Assembly: GCA_951406725.2 (NCBI GenBank)
Contig: OX597817.1
Coordinates: forward strand, 140,864,001-140,928,000
Direction of reading: 5' to 3'
DNA from: Octopus vulgaris
Lineage: Eukaryota
DNA: 64,000 bases
Shown here: positions 14,092 through 26,166 of the stretch, piece after piece
Position numbering within the stretch: position 1 is the first letter of the stretch
Layout of the letters: every line of letters begins with the position of its first letter
Position numbers and translations under genes: made by a program
Notes under the pieces: generated by a model
Database searches by the model: none
What the model was told of the DNA's origin: nothing
Seen by the model: the letters and a program-made list of their open reading frames with translations, nothing else

Positions 14092-14909
14092 TGTTTCATT
14101 AAATTTTGTCATGAAGACAGTACAAAGATTGGGTAGCTTTGCGGGCTGGACAAACACATTAATGAATGAAAATTAAATAAAATGAATAAATGAGAGACGA
14201 AACCCAACACCCGCCGATTTGATTTTTCTCGAAAACATATTTTCTTTTTTTAAAAAATCAATATGAGGTTTCAAACCTCTTACAAGAAGGAGGCACTAAA
14301 ACCTCTTACTTGATATGTTCGTTTTTTTTTAAACACGCAATTGAGGTTATAAACCACTACAAATAATACAATAAGATGAGGTTTCAAACCCTCTAACGAG
14401 GCTTTTTCACCTCCTACTCATCGATGTATCCATCAATATATCCATCATTATCTTCAATGCCGCTTGAGTTCCTGTATCCCGCTATTTCCGAAGCCTCACT
14501 CATGTAGAACATGTAAGTCGTGTAAGGGCCACCCGGCCATATGCGACACTCCTCCCCAAATCCTTTAAGCCTTTCCCACAAGGGAAGCCTTATGACCTCC
14601 ACAGCTATCTGCGGAGGCCATTCGGGATCCCGTGTGAAGGGCATATCTACTATCTCTTTATGTTCTGCTATTTTTCCACCTCCCCGCCTTTGTAGAAAAA
14701 GATAATTAATTCATCATCTTTAAGGGTGGGGGTCGTTTCTTCCACTGTGGGTGGCACAACTTCGAGACATGCAGACGGCACGTCATCTCCCACCTGCAAC
14801 GACCCGTTCTTCTTTTTTCTTTTCTTTCTTTTCTTCCTGACTTAGGGAGAGTGGAGCTCTTCCGCTTTGTTCGGAGTATCTCCCCCACCTCCCGAAGCCT
14901 TAGGGTCAA

Positions 14910-15120
14910 CGGCACCCGTGCCGGTGGCATATAAAAAGCACCCACTACACTCTTGGAATGGTGGGCGTTAGGAAGAGCATCCAGCCGTAGAAACCTTGCC
15001 AAACGAGATTGAAACCTAGTGTAGTCCCCCCCCATCCCCAGTTCACCAATTCTCATTCAAACTGTCCAATCCATGCCAGTATGGAAAGCAGACGTTAAAC
15101 GTTGATGATGATGATGACAA
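14910..15120 (+). mobile_element. SINE/LINE 3' module with RTE-type tail ending in (GAT)n
   Basis: ggcgttaggaagagcatccagccgtagaaacc...ccatgccagtatggaaagcagacgttaaacg(tga)n; inverted relative at 63281-63560. Confidence 0.7.
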
Positions 15121-15166
15121 TGACGACAACGACGACGACGATGATGATGATGATGATGATGATGAT

Positions 15167-15200
<34 letters not shown>

Positions 15201-15697
15201 CGAAAGAGAGAGAGAGAGTGACCGCAGTATTCTAGTTAACATAGCTAACGAAATCTACAATAATGATGTCAATACGAAGTAAACCAATGTATTATTAGTT
15301 TTGAAAGTCTCAGCATCATCCGTTAGTTACCGATAGAGGGCGGTAAATTAGAATGTCACCTGAGGTATTAATGTGATTGTTGTCTCTATTAAGTTAATTG
15401 GTCAGCAGAAAAACGCTGTCAGTTTTGTTCAATGATTGATAAAGTTAAATTAAATTCTCACAAATTTCATTTATTGTTTTATTTTATCAAGGTTGTTGTC
15501 GTTTTAGATGTATTGGTAGACATACAGACAGACAGACGGACGAACGGAGAGATAGATAGATTAAAGTATTTCGGTGAATATGGGAAACAATTGTAAACAC
15601 ATTTCACTTCAGTTTTGACCTCATCATCGAAATGTAACCTACACTATACATACCAATGTAACGACGGCACAATTACTAGTAAATATACAGGAGTGTA

Positions 15698-16254
15698 TTA
15701 TGTTGTCCGGAAAGTTCGTGCCGATTTATAGTAGCTTACCTTTCGACTTATTTTAGAACATGGTTGAGTCCATAAAATAGGATTTGACTACACCTCCACT
15801 TAGAGCACAGTTAACGCTATCTTTTCGTGGAAGAAGGTTTATGTTCCTATAACCTGTGTTTATTCTATAACCCTTTAAAATGGAAGATAAGAAAGTTCAT
15901 TTTCGACTTTGGGAACCAGACAAAAATTGCTGCAGCTCGGCTGGGATGTGTTACCCCACCCTCCTTATTCACTAGATATTGCTTCTTCGGATTTCCACTT
16001 ATTCAGGTCTCTGCAGAATAGTCTTAATGGTAAAAATTTCAATTCCTTGGATTACGTAAAAAGATACCTTGATGAATTCTTTGCCATGAAACCACTTCAA
16101 TTCTGGGAAGAGGGTATTTTCAAGTTAAAGGAAAGATGGAGACGCATTGTGCAAGAAAATGGTTGATATTTGGTTGATTAAAAATGTAATGGCAAGTATT
16201 TATTGATCTTTTTCTTTCCTTTAAAAATCGGCACGAACTTTCCGGACAACGCAA
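15698..16254 (+). mobile_element. Internally deleted mariner element
   Basis: ~30-bp TIRs ttatgttgtccggaaagttcgtgccgattt / aaatcggcacgaactttccggacaacgcaa flanked by TA; start MEDKKVHFR fused to C-terminal HPPYSLDIASSDFHLFRSLQN. Confidence 0.93.
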
Positions 16255-16259
16255 TATAT

Positions 16260-16476
16260 ATTCTTTTCTTCTCTAGGCACAAGGTCCGAAATTTTAGGGA
16301 GGGGGCCAGTTGATTAGATCTACCCCACTACGCAACGGGTACTTAATTTATCGACCCCGAAAGGATGAAAAGCAAAAGTCGATCTCGGCAGAACTTGAAC
16401 TCAGAACGTAAAAACAGACAAAATACCACGAAGCATTTCGCCCGGTGTGCTAACGTTTCTGCCAGTTCGCCGTCTT
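16260..16476 (-). mobile_element. SINE family A variant with a different 3' tail
   Basis: Family A head and core; tail ...aatttcggaccttgtgcctagag instead of ...agccccttgtggg. Confidence 0.75.
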
Positions 16477-17128
16477 ACAGGCTTGTATATATTGAATGAC
16501 GTTAACTTCTGTCATGACGAAGATCTGTTTTTTTTCCGGAAGTAACATCTCCCAATAAATTTTTCAACGAAATAATATTCTTTCCGCCAATCTACATCCT
16601 TAAATAATGAAGCACTATGCTATTAGACTCTCCTCCCTCACTGAATCGCATTATCCTTTTCTCTACAAATGTAGATCCTTCTACAACGAACCATCAGATG
16701 CTTATTCTAGATTTTAGATCCTTGTATATATAAACATCGTGCAATTCTCTTCTTTAATCAAGATTCTTCTACAAGACTATATCATCCAGATTCTTCAGTA
16801 ATGAAACACTTTGTTATCATTCTCTCCTTAAATCTAGATTCTTCTCCAAGAAAACACAAAGTAATTATTTTCTCAACCAATCTAGATTCTGCTACCACAA
16901 AATACCATTCTCTCCACTAAACGCGATCCTTCACCAATTCATCTTTGACATTTAAATTACAAATTACTAATCACAATCCCAATCACTAATCACCAATCGA
17001 TTAAAAACAATTTCGGTTGGTTTATTTCGGTTATTTTCTTTTCCTTCCTCTTCTCTTTCTCTCTCTCTCTATCTCTCCCGCTCACTCTCTCTCTTTCTTC
17101 CTTTTTTCTTTCTTTCTTTTTCACTCTT

Positions 17129-17171
<43 letters not shown>

Positions 17172-17439
17172 CTCTCTCCTCCTCCTCCCTTTCTTGCCTT
17201 CTTTTGTTTGTTGCTTATCTTTTTATATTTTCAACAATTAATTTTTAGCAGCTTTTTTCTTAATTACTTCTCCCCAACTGAACACATTTCTTTAATGCAT
17301 TAAAGGCGGCTGTTGTTGATTAATGGTGATGGCGATTTTTGATGATGACGATGAGGATGGTCATGGTGGTGGTGGTGGTGGTGGTGGTGGTGGTGGCCGT
17401 CGTCGTCGTCGTCGTCGTCGTGGAGTTGCTGCTGCTGCT

Positions 17440-17550
17440 GAGGAGGAGGACGACGACGACGAAGAGGAAGAGGAGGAGGAGGAGGAAGAGGAGGAAGAAG
17501 AAGGAGATGAGGAAGAGGAGGAAGAGGAAGGAGATGAGGCAGAAGAGGAA

Positions 17551-17582
<32 letters not shown>

Positions 17583-17782
17583 AGGAGAGGAGGAAGAGGA
17601 AGGAGAGGAGAAAGAGGAAGGAGAGGAGAAAGAGGAAGGAGAGGAGAAAGAGGAAGGAGGAGGAGGAAGAGGAAGGAGAGGAAGGAGAGGAGGAAGAGGA
17701 GGAGGAGGAGGAAGGAGAGGAGGAAGGAGAGGAGGAAGAGGAAGGAGAGGAGGAAGAAGAGGAGGAAGGAGAGGAGGAAGAA

Positions 17783-17817
<35 letters not shown>

Positions 17818-18205
17818 AGAGGAGGAAGAAGAGGAGGAAGAAGAGGAGGAAGAAGAGGAGGAGGAGGAAGAGGAGGAAGGAGAGGAGGAAGAAGAGGAGG
17901 AAGAAGAGGAGGAAGAGGAAGGAGAGGAGGAAGAAGAGGAGGAGGAGGAAGAAGAAGAGGAGGAGGAAGAAGAGGAGGAGGAGGAGGAGGAGGAGGAGGA
18001 GGAGGAGGAAGAAGAGGAGGAGGAGGAGGAGGAGGAGGAGGAGGAGGAGGAGGAAGGAGGAGGAGGAGGAGGAGGAAGTGGAAGAGGAGGAGGAAGAGGA
18101 GGAAGAGGAGGAGGAGGAGGAGGAGGAGGAGGAAGAAGAGGAGGAGGAGGAGGAAGAGGAAGAGGAGGAGGAAGAGGAAGATGAGGTGGAGAAGGAGGAG
18201 GAGGA
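17440..18205. repeat. ~760-bp almost pure purine (GGA/GAA) tract
   Basis: Direct observation; source of the poly-E/G/R/S/P ORFs. Confidence 0.95.
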
Positions 18206-18379
18206 TTATGCTGGTGTTGTTGATGATGATAGAGGACGAAGAGAAAGATGGTGCTACTATTTTGTTTCACCATTTGTCGGTTGATTCTCGGCTTCCCCTG
18301 GTTGACCAGTCGAGGAGAGTCGCAGTCAGTCCTTATCTCCACGAGATCCATCCTCATCTTCCATGACTATGTGGTATGT

Positions 18380-18638
18380 TGCTGTTGCTGTTGAGCGATC
18401 GGTCTTCGTCCCAGAGCTCGCAAGATGGGAGATGTCCGAAACGTGGTCCTTTGCTATTCGTAAGACCTGCAGAAGAGAAAGCAGGTCAACCCCCGACACC
18501 GAGAGCATCGACGGATGGATGAATGCGCATCCAGGCTCAGCGGTTGCGTAGGAAGTCCGGGACAAGAAACAGGAAGAATTAGTGAGAGAAAGTTGGGGCG
18601 AAAGAGTACAACAGGGGTCGCCACCACCCCCTGCCGGA
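18380..18638 (-). mobile_element. SINE family D, 5'-truncated
   Basis: Matches 41737-42086; 12-bp TSD tatgtggtatgt (18368-18379 / 18639-18650). Confidence 0.9.
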
Positions 18639-20310
18639 TATGTGGTATGTGGTCGACTAACACAAGCCCTCAACGCAGCCGGACCCTCAGAGTAGAGAAC
18701 TCGGAAAATCTAGCAACAGGACCAAACTGTTGTAGTTGTGGTGATGGGAGGTAATTGTACGATTGTAGTGATGGTTGTAGTTGTTCAGTGGTAATAAATT
18801 GTAGTGGCTGGTGTTGTTGTTGTAGTTATAGTTGTTGTGTTTGTTGTTGTAATGCACTATAATGTTAAGTAGCAGAGCAGAGGTTGTTGCAGTAAAGGGC
18901 AATGTATTACAGTGGTTGTAGAGCTGTGGTTAATGTTGAAGTGCTGTGATGTGATATAGTGGTATGTGTAGTAGTATGATATAATACATCATAGATGTTA
19001 TAGTTGTTGTGACTGTAGGGTGTGGTCTTTTTCAGTGTACTGCAGCGACATCTGGTGTCCAATAGTTTTATAGTCAACACAATATGTGGTGAAAGCCGAA
19101 TGGTAGAGCAACGTGTAAAATACCGTAAAATACTTTTGCAATATAGAGAGTCATCTCTTTACGCTTTAAGTTCAAATCCCGCCAGAGACGACTTTGTTTT
19201 TCATCCTTCCTGAGCCAATAAAGTACCAGTGGTATACTGTGAATAACTTATCGATTGTTCCACCCCCGCAATTTATCAACTGTTTCACCTCCAAAATTTG
19301 TTGTGTCAACGCCGTAAATATAGGAGGGAGTAGTGTTTTGGTTTGTGTCACTGTCAAATCAGCGGTGTTTGCATTGAGTGCTACTGTAGAGGTAAATAAG
19401 CATTCAGTAGTGATGGAGTGTGGTGGCTCAGTTAAGATTTCAATGTAAATCCTAAACGAGAGAAGGACGATCAATGGTAGCGGACCCTAATCCTTAGTTA
19501 ACCACAGACTGACAATTTGCTTATTGCCCCTTTGCTAAAAGGCTAATTTAAAATGCTTAGAATCAGTTGTAATAGTCGTGGCCATTGTGGTCGCTTAACT
19601 CCAGGTCAGATCTGTCTGAAGTAGATTACTAATCAAAAACATTCCAGCAGTGACCATCACTTCTCTTTTTTTTTTTTTTCCTTGTTGTCAGTCACGGTCT
19701 ACCTAAGATCACATTATACAAGGTATACTGTGGCCTTCCCTATTATAAGTAATCTTTATTTTCCCTATTTTATGTCTTTCTCCATTTTTAGAGGTAAATT
19801 ATAATTTGAGATACATTTGGCTAATATTTCTAGCGGGTTGGCTGACTTGCGCAAAAGCTAAATATACTGAAGTGTTTGTTTCATAATACTTGTATCGTTC
19901 TGTTCCAAACAGATATTTATGTCTGCTACAATTCTGCAAGTTATTCCAAGCATCTATTTCCATGCCGGTGATTCATGCTTGAATACTTCTACCAAACCTT
20001 AGGCTGTTCCTTCCATTTGGTAAACTATGAAAATAGAATCCGCACTAGAAAATTCCTTTTGTTTTGCTCATTTTTTGTACACTCAATTGAGGATTTCTTC
20101 ACTTTTGCTGATATCTCATTCAACAAGAAACCATTCAGTCTCTCAGTTGCGTTATTGCAGGAAAGTTTACAACAGTTCTTATTCTTAACCTCATCAGGTT
20201 GGAGACAAAATATTACGATATATAGATGCAGACATGTGTGTGTGTGTGTGCGTGCGTGTGTATGTATGTGAGTATGCGTGTGTGTATGTGTGTGTGTGTG
20301 TGTGTCTGTA

Positions 20311-20531
20311 TACTCTTTTTACTCTCTTTACTCTTTTACTCGTTTCAGTCATTTGACAGTGGCCGAGCTGGAGCACCGCCTTTAGTCGAGCAAATCGACC
20401 CCGGGAATTATACTTTGTAAGCCTAGTATTTATTCTATCGTCTCTTTTGCCGAACCGCTAAGTTACGGGGACGTAAACACACCAACATCGGTTGTCAAGC
20501 GATGGGGGGACGAACACAGTCACACAAACAT

Positions 20532-20620
<89 letters not shown>

Positions 20621-20782
20621 ACGGGTTTCTTTCAGTTTCCGTCAACCAAATCCACTCACAAGGCTTTGGTCGGCCCGAGAATATAGTAGAAGACACTTGC
20701 CCAAGGTGCCACACTGTGGGACTGAACCCAGAGCCATGTGATTGGTAAGCAAACTACTTACCACACAGCCACTCCTACGCCT
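20311..20782 (-). mobile_element. SINE family B
   Basis: Full head GGCGTAGGAGTGGCTGTGTGG...GGTTCAGTCCC on minus strand; internal (TA)n. Confidence 0.9.
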
Positions 20783-20833
20783 ATATATATATATATATAT
20801 ATACATACATACATACATGCATACATGAATAAA

Positions 20834-20866
<33 letters not shown>

Positions 20867-20949
20867 TTTTTTTTATGCTCACTTTAGAGGCAGCTGGTTT
20901 AAGCATCCCGTGTATGCTCTCGTAACGTTTTTTTTATTTTGGGGGAATT

Positions 20950-21930
20950 GTCAGAAAATTTTCTCCAAAAAGTTTTCGAAAATTTTCACCGAAAATTTTC
21001 CCCAAAAATTTTTCCAAACTTTTCACTGAAAATTTTCCCCAAAAATATTTCCAAAATTTTCACGGAAAATTTTCCCCAAAAATTTTTCCAAAATTTTCAC
21101 CAAAAATTTTTCAAAAATTCTCTCTGAAAATTTTCCCCAAAAATTTTTGGAAAATTTTCACGGAAATTTTTGAAAAATTTTTGGCGAAAATTTTCAATGA
21201 AAATTTTACCAAAATATTTTTCTAAAATTTTCACCGAAAATTTTCCTCAAGAATTTTTTAGAAAATTGGCACCGCTGGCTTTCCATACTTTGTGATTTGG
21301 GTACCGCTGGCTTTCCATACTTTGTGATTTTGGAACTGCTGGCCTTCCATACTTTGTGATTTTAGAACCACTGGCCTTCCATACTTTTTCGAAAATTTTT
21401 GCCGAAAGTTTTCCCCAAAAATTTTTCAAAAGTTTTAACTGAAAATTTTACCCAAAATGTTTTCGAAAATTTTCACCGAAAATTTTCCCCAAAAATTTTT
21501 CCAAAATTTCCACTGAAAATTTTCTCCAAAAATTTTTCCAAAATTTTCCCCAAAAAGTTTTCGAAAATTTTCACCGAAAATTTTCCCCAAAAATTTTCTA
21601 AAATTTTCACTGAAAATTTTCCCCAAAAATTTTTCGAAAATTTTCACCAAAAATTTTTCCAAAATTTTCACTGAAAATTTTCCCCAAAAATTTTTCAAAA
21701 ATTTTCACCGAAACTTTTCTCCGAAAATTTTTCCAAAATTTTCACCGAAAATTTTCCCCAAAAATTTTTCCAAAATTTTCACCAAAAATTTTCACCGAAA
21801 ATTTTCCCCAAAAATTTTTGGAAAATTTTCACGGAAATTTTTGAAAAATTTTTGGGGAAAATTTGAACCAAAAAATTTTTCTAAAATTTTCACCGAAAAT
21901 ATTCCCCAAAAATTTTTTAGAAAATTTTAT
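20950..21930. repeat. AAAATTTT-based satellite (~37-bp unit) with an embedded 32-bp tandem repeat (21271-21388)
   Basis: Unit aaaattttcaccgaaaattttccccaaaaatttttcc; inner unit accgctggctttccatactttgtgatttgggt starts at 21271, 21303, 21335, 21367. Confidence 0.92.
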
Positions 21931-21975
21931 GTTCTACACACGGGAATTCATACGATCATGCAACAAAAGACGTTT

Positions 21976-22007
<32 letters not shown>

Positions 22008-22552
22008 ATTTATGGGCTACTTAGCTGTTGTTTTTAACATATACCACGACCACCTGATACCATCTTTGTTTCTTTGCCACTCTGGCATGTATCTATGTTT
22101 TTCAGTATTGTTCACCCCATAATCACATTTAATGGAATGATGATGCACCAAAGGGTGGTCCACGACTGGGATTTAAGCAAAAACTTCGGACTCTCCGTAT
22201 TTTAAACTCTCATTTAAAAAACAATCGGAAAATAATAAAAAAAAAGTTATGATTATATATTACCAGAATTCCGCCTTGCCTTCTGAAGTGGTGATGTTTT
22301 TCCCTCTCTGTGAGGCAAAGATGAAAAGCTTTCCTATTCAAAAGACTTAAAGCCTTGCTCTCCATAGTTGGAATGATTAAGACGAGATAGCCGACAACTG
22401 ATGAAGCGTCTTCTGTGTTAACTTATCTTGTTTCCATCATTTCATTTTCGTTGTTTAAGTATATTACTCGTTTTTCCATTGTTTGTTTACGCACTTCATG
22501 TTGTTTACGCACTTCATGTTGGTTGCACCGTTGGTGACGTCCTGTACCTATA

Positions 22553-22986
22553 TTCTCTTTTCTCTCTTTTACTCTTTTACTCTTTTACTTGTTTCAGTCA
22601 TTTGACTGCGGCCATACTGGAGCACCGCCTTTAGTCGAGCACATCGACCCCGGGACTTATTCTTTGTAAGCCCAGTACTTATTCTATCGGTCTCTTTTGC
22701 CGAACCGCTAAGTAACGGGGACATAAGCACACCAGCATCGGTTGTCAAGCAATGCTAGGGGGACAAACACAGACACACAAACACACACATACATATACAT
22801 ATACATATATATATACATATATACGACAGGCTTCTTTCAGTTTCCGTCTACCAAATCCACTCACAAGGCTTTGGTCGGCCCGAGGCTATAGTAGACGTCA
22901 CTTGCCCAAGGTGCCACGCAGTGGGACTGAACCCGGAACCATGCGGTTGGTAAACAAGCTACTTACCACACAGCCACTCCTGCGCT
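22553..22986 (-). mobile_element. SINE family B
   Basis: Full-length family B sequence. Confidence 0.9.
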
Positions 22987-23276
22987 ATACATGCATTTAA
23001 TATATGCATATATGCATTTAAAATTTAATAAGGGTAGAAATTGATATTAATCAATTAAAACCAGTGGCCCAGCATATTAAAAAAATCCGAAGATTAAAAT
23101 ATTTTTACATACAAAAGTTAAAGGACTGACCACTAAAAGTAGACGGTCAACATGCTAGATATAGACGTCAAATCGCTATTTTCCACAAAGAATATATTCT
23201 CAAATAAAAAACTCAGCATAAACCAAAGCATTAAAAATAAGCAAGACAAATGAAAATATACGAAATAAAAATGATT

Positions 23277-23469
23277 ACCCATGTACCGATCAGTTTTGAT
23301 TGTTAATATCCGCGAGTGGCTGTGTGGTAAGTAGCTTGTTTACCAACCGCATGGTTCCGGGTTCAGTCCCACTGCGTGGCACCTTGGGCAAGTGTCTTCT
23401 GCTATAGCCTCGGGCCGACCAAAGCCTTGTGAGTGGATTTGGTAGACGGAAACTGAAAGAAGCCCGTCG

Positions 23470-23501
<32 letters not shown>

Positions 23502-23758
23502 TGTGTGTGTTTGTGTGTCTGTGTTTGTCCCCCTAGCATTGCTTGACAACCGATGCTGGTGTGTTTATGTCCCCGTTACTTAGCGGTTCGGCAAAAGAGA
23601 CCGATAGAATAAGTACCGGGCTTACAAAAGAATAAGTCCCGGGGTCGATTTGCTCGATTAAAGGCGGTGCTCCAGCATGGCCGCAGTCAATTGACTGAAA
23701 CAAGTAAAAGAGTAAAAGAGTAAAGAGTAAGGATAAACTGCAATCTCATCAGCATGGT
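23277..23758 (-). ncRNA. Type I hammerhead ribozyme motif split by a SINE B insertion
   Basis: Removing the SINE (~23314-23728) gives ccatg-CTGATGA-gattg..tatcc/ggata..caatc-AAAAC-tgatcg-GTA-catgg; GAAA mutated to AAAA. Confidence 0.75.
23314..23730 (+). mobile_element. SINE family B
   Basis: A box TGGCTGTGTGGTAAG, B box GGTTCAGTCCC, CORE-like ccttgggcaagt, internal (TA)n, tail aaaagagt repeats. Confidence 0.9.
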
Positions 23759-23872
23759 CTGTCATATAGAAATACAATTTGTAGGACTAGACGCAAAAAC
23801 TTTTGACCGGAGTCTCGCATGCATGGAGTTCAACCGATTATATTTTTGTGTATCTTTCAAATGCCTTCACTT

Positions 23873-23976
<104 letters not shown>

Positions 23977-24531
23977 CTTTTAAATTTGATTATGGGAACG
24001 TTTTGAATATGCAAATAAGCTCCTATTCCATTGTGCCGGCCACAGTCTTTTGTTTGATTTCATTTAAGGGATGACTATTTCATTTATAATTTCTGAACTT
24101 AAAGGTCATCGGGTACTTCTGCTATATTTATCAGTGGCGTTTGTTCACTGAATTGATTATGCTACCCATCCTTAACATATGCTGAACGAATAGCAAAATA
24201 AATCCAATACCGCCACACACATCTCCATCCCCATATAACTACCATTCCTCCCTCTGTTCCCATCACCTCCCCCTCCTCAACACTAAATACACACAGAAAT
24301 ACTTGCATTACTCTCTGAACCTTGATGCTGGTAAAAACGGATAAACATTCTTCTTCTGTACATCCACTAATGTTATATCGCCTAAAGAAATGAACCAATG
24401 ATGATGGTCAATCTGATACCCATGGATACTACGGACTACACTGTAATCATCCCAGGAATACGGACTGTAATCTTAGGAGTCATATGCGCGTAGCGATGCA
24501 ATAAATGTTTATAAATTCCATCCAAGGTTTA

Positions 24532-24587
<56 letters not shown>

Positions 24588-25144
24588 GAGTGAGAGAGCA
24601 GTTCATGCCATCAAAGTGACACTGGGGTAAAATATACGAAGCCCAATATACCCATCATGACTACCCGTCTGATAAGGGTACGCCAGGCACATGCAACACA
24701 ACCATATGTGCGCGACATGGTGATCTCATTTCAAGATAAACAGCACATGACCTTGCAGGTGGGGCCCTGTTAGAATTTTCTTCAGGTTGAGTAGCCCATC
24801 CCGCTCAAAAGGTCCCTGAATAAGGGTTGTTTAAGGATGTTGAAAGAACCACCCATGTTTCCAGAGGTGAATTATTCAAACCCCAAAGAATCCCTCTTAA
24901 CACATGGCTATGATGCTCCCCCACTACTTCTGCTCGTGATCAGAGATGCACATATCGTCAGCCACTAAGGGACATGCTCAACTGGTTAAGGTCAAACAAC
25001 TGACAAGCAAATCTGTGGTATTGAGCAGAATATTTGTTGTAGACCATCTTTTATACCAAGAGAAAACAATGTACATGATAACACTTCCAATCAGTTAAGA
25101 TCAGAAGCCATGAGAGCCACTGCCTGGTACTGCATCAGGGCATT
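24588..25144 (-). mobile_element. Family C element, full-length copy 2
   Basis: Embedded in (TTA)n; near-identical to copies 1 and 5. Confidence 0.92.
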
Positions 25145-25168
25145 TATTATTATTATTATTATTATTAT

Positions 25169-25236
<68 letters not shown>

Positions 25237-25238
25237 TT

Positions 25239-25474
25239 GAGTGAGAGAGCAGTGCATGCCATCAAAGTGACACTGAGGTAAAATATACGAAGCCCAGTAT
25301 ACCCATCATGACTACCCGTCTGATAATGGTACACTGGGCACATGCATCACAAACATATGTACGCGACATGGTGAGCTCATATCGAAATAAACAGTGCATG
25401 ACCTTGCAGGTGGGGCCCAGTTAGAATTTTCTTCTGGTTGAGTAGCCCATCCCGCTCAAAAGGTCCTTGAATAA
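25239..25474 (-). mobile_element. Family C element, truncated copy 3 (tandem with copy 2)
   Basis: Keeps the gagtgagagagc end, lost the other ~320 bp. Confidence 0.9.
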
Positions 25475-25514
25475 TAATAATAATAATCATTATTATTATT
25501 ATTACTACTACTAC

Positions 25515-25606
<92 letters not shown>

Positions 25607-25736
25607 GGACGAACTTGCACGCAGTTTCTGTCTGCCAAATTCACAAGGTATTGGTATATTATGGAAGAGATGTCGTTGAGTGGGACAGAACCCGAAACAA
25701 TGCAATTTCAAAACGATCTTCCTAACTACGGAGCCT

Positions 25737-26166
25737 GGATCTTTTCAGTTTGAACGGCAGTTTTTAACATAATTTCTAGGTAACTAAAAAATTTTAAACT
25801 TCGTATACTGGTAGAATGTGTTTATAAAACATCTTTTTCTCTTGGCTTTATTGAGAAAATTCTATAGTTTGTAAGATATTTGTTGTTTTTTTTTCTTCAA
25901 TTTCTGCAATTTCAACCAATCACTGACGTCTATTTAGGTAAAAAAAACATTCTGTGTCGTATGAATATGTCCCTCGTTTAAGAAACAGATTGGGTTTATT
26001 TACATTTGTGAAGAAAAAGAGATACCCTTCTCTCCACCCCTAACCCTAACAAACCCTAACCCTAAAACAGATTGAAATGCAATAGATCGATACTATGGTC
26101 ATAATTATAGGCGACAATTTCATATGACACCGCTAGAAAAAACTGCCGTTCAAACCGAAAAGATCC
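25737..26166. mobile_element. MITE with ~29-bp TIRs and 8-bp TSD (Merlin-like or MULE-like)
   Basis: ggatcttttcagtttgaacggcagttttt ... aaaaactgccgttcaaaccgaaaagatcc; TSD cggagcct/tggagcct; internal ccctaa repeats. Confidence 0.88.

Noticed and set aside
17320-18366. Long ORFs of 281-347 aa (poly-E, RGG-rich, poly-S/P)
   Set aside because: Translations of a GGA/GAA microsatellite, open in several frames on both strands; no splice or domain evidence
21271-21388. 32-bp repeats of CRISPR-like length
   Set aside because: Head-to-tail with no spacers
22270-22550. Penelope 3' end with CTGATGA at ~22398
   Set aside because: Endonuclease similarity is weak and no GAAA box or stems follow; not supportable
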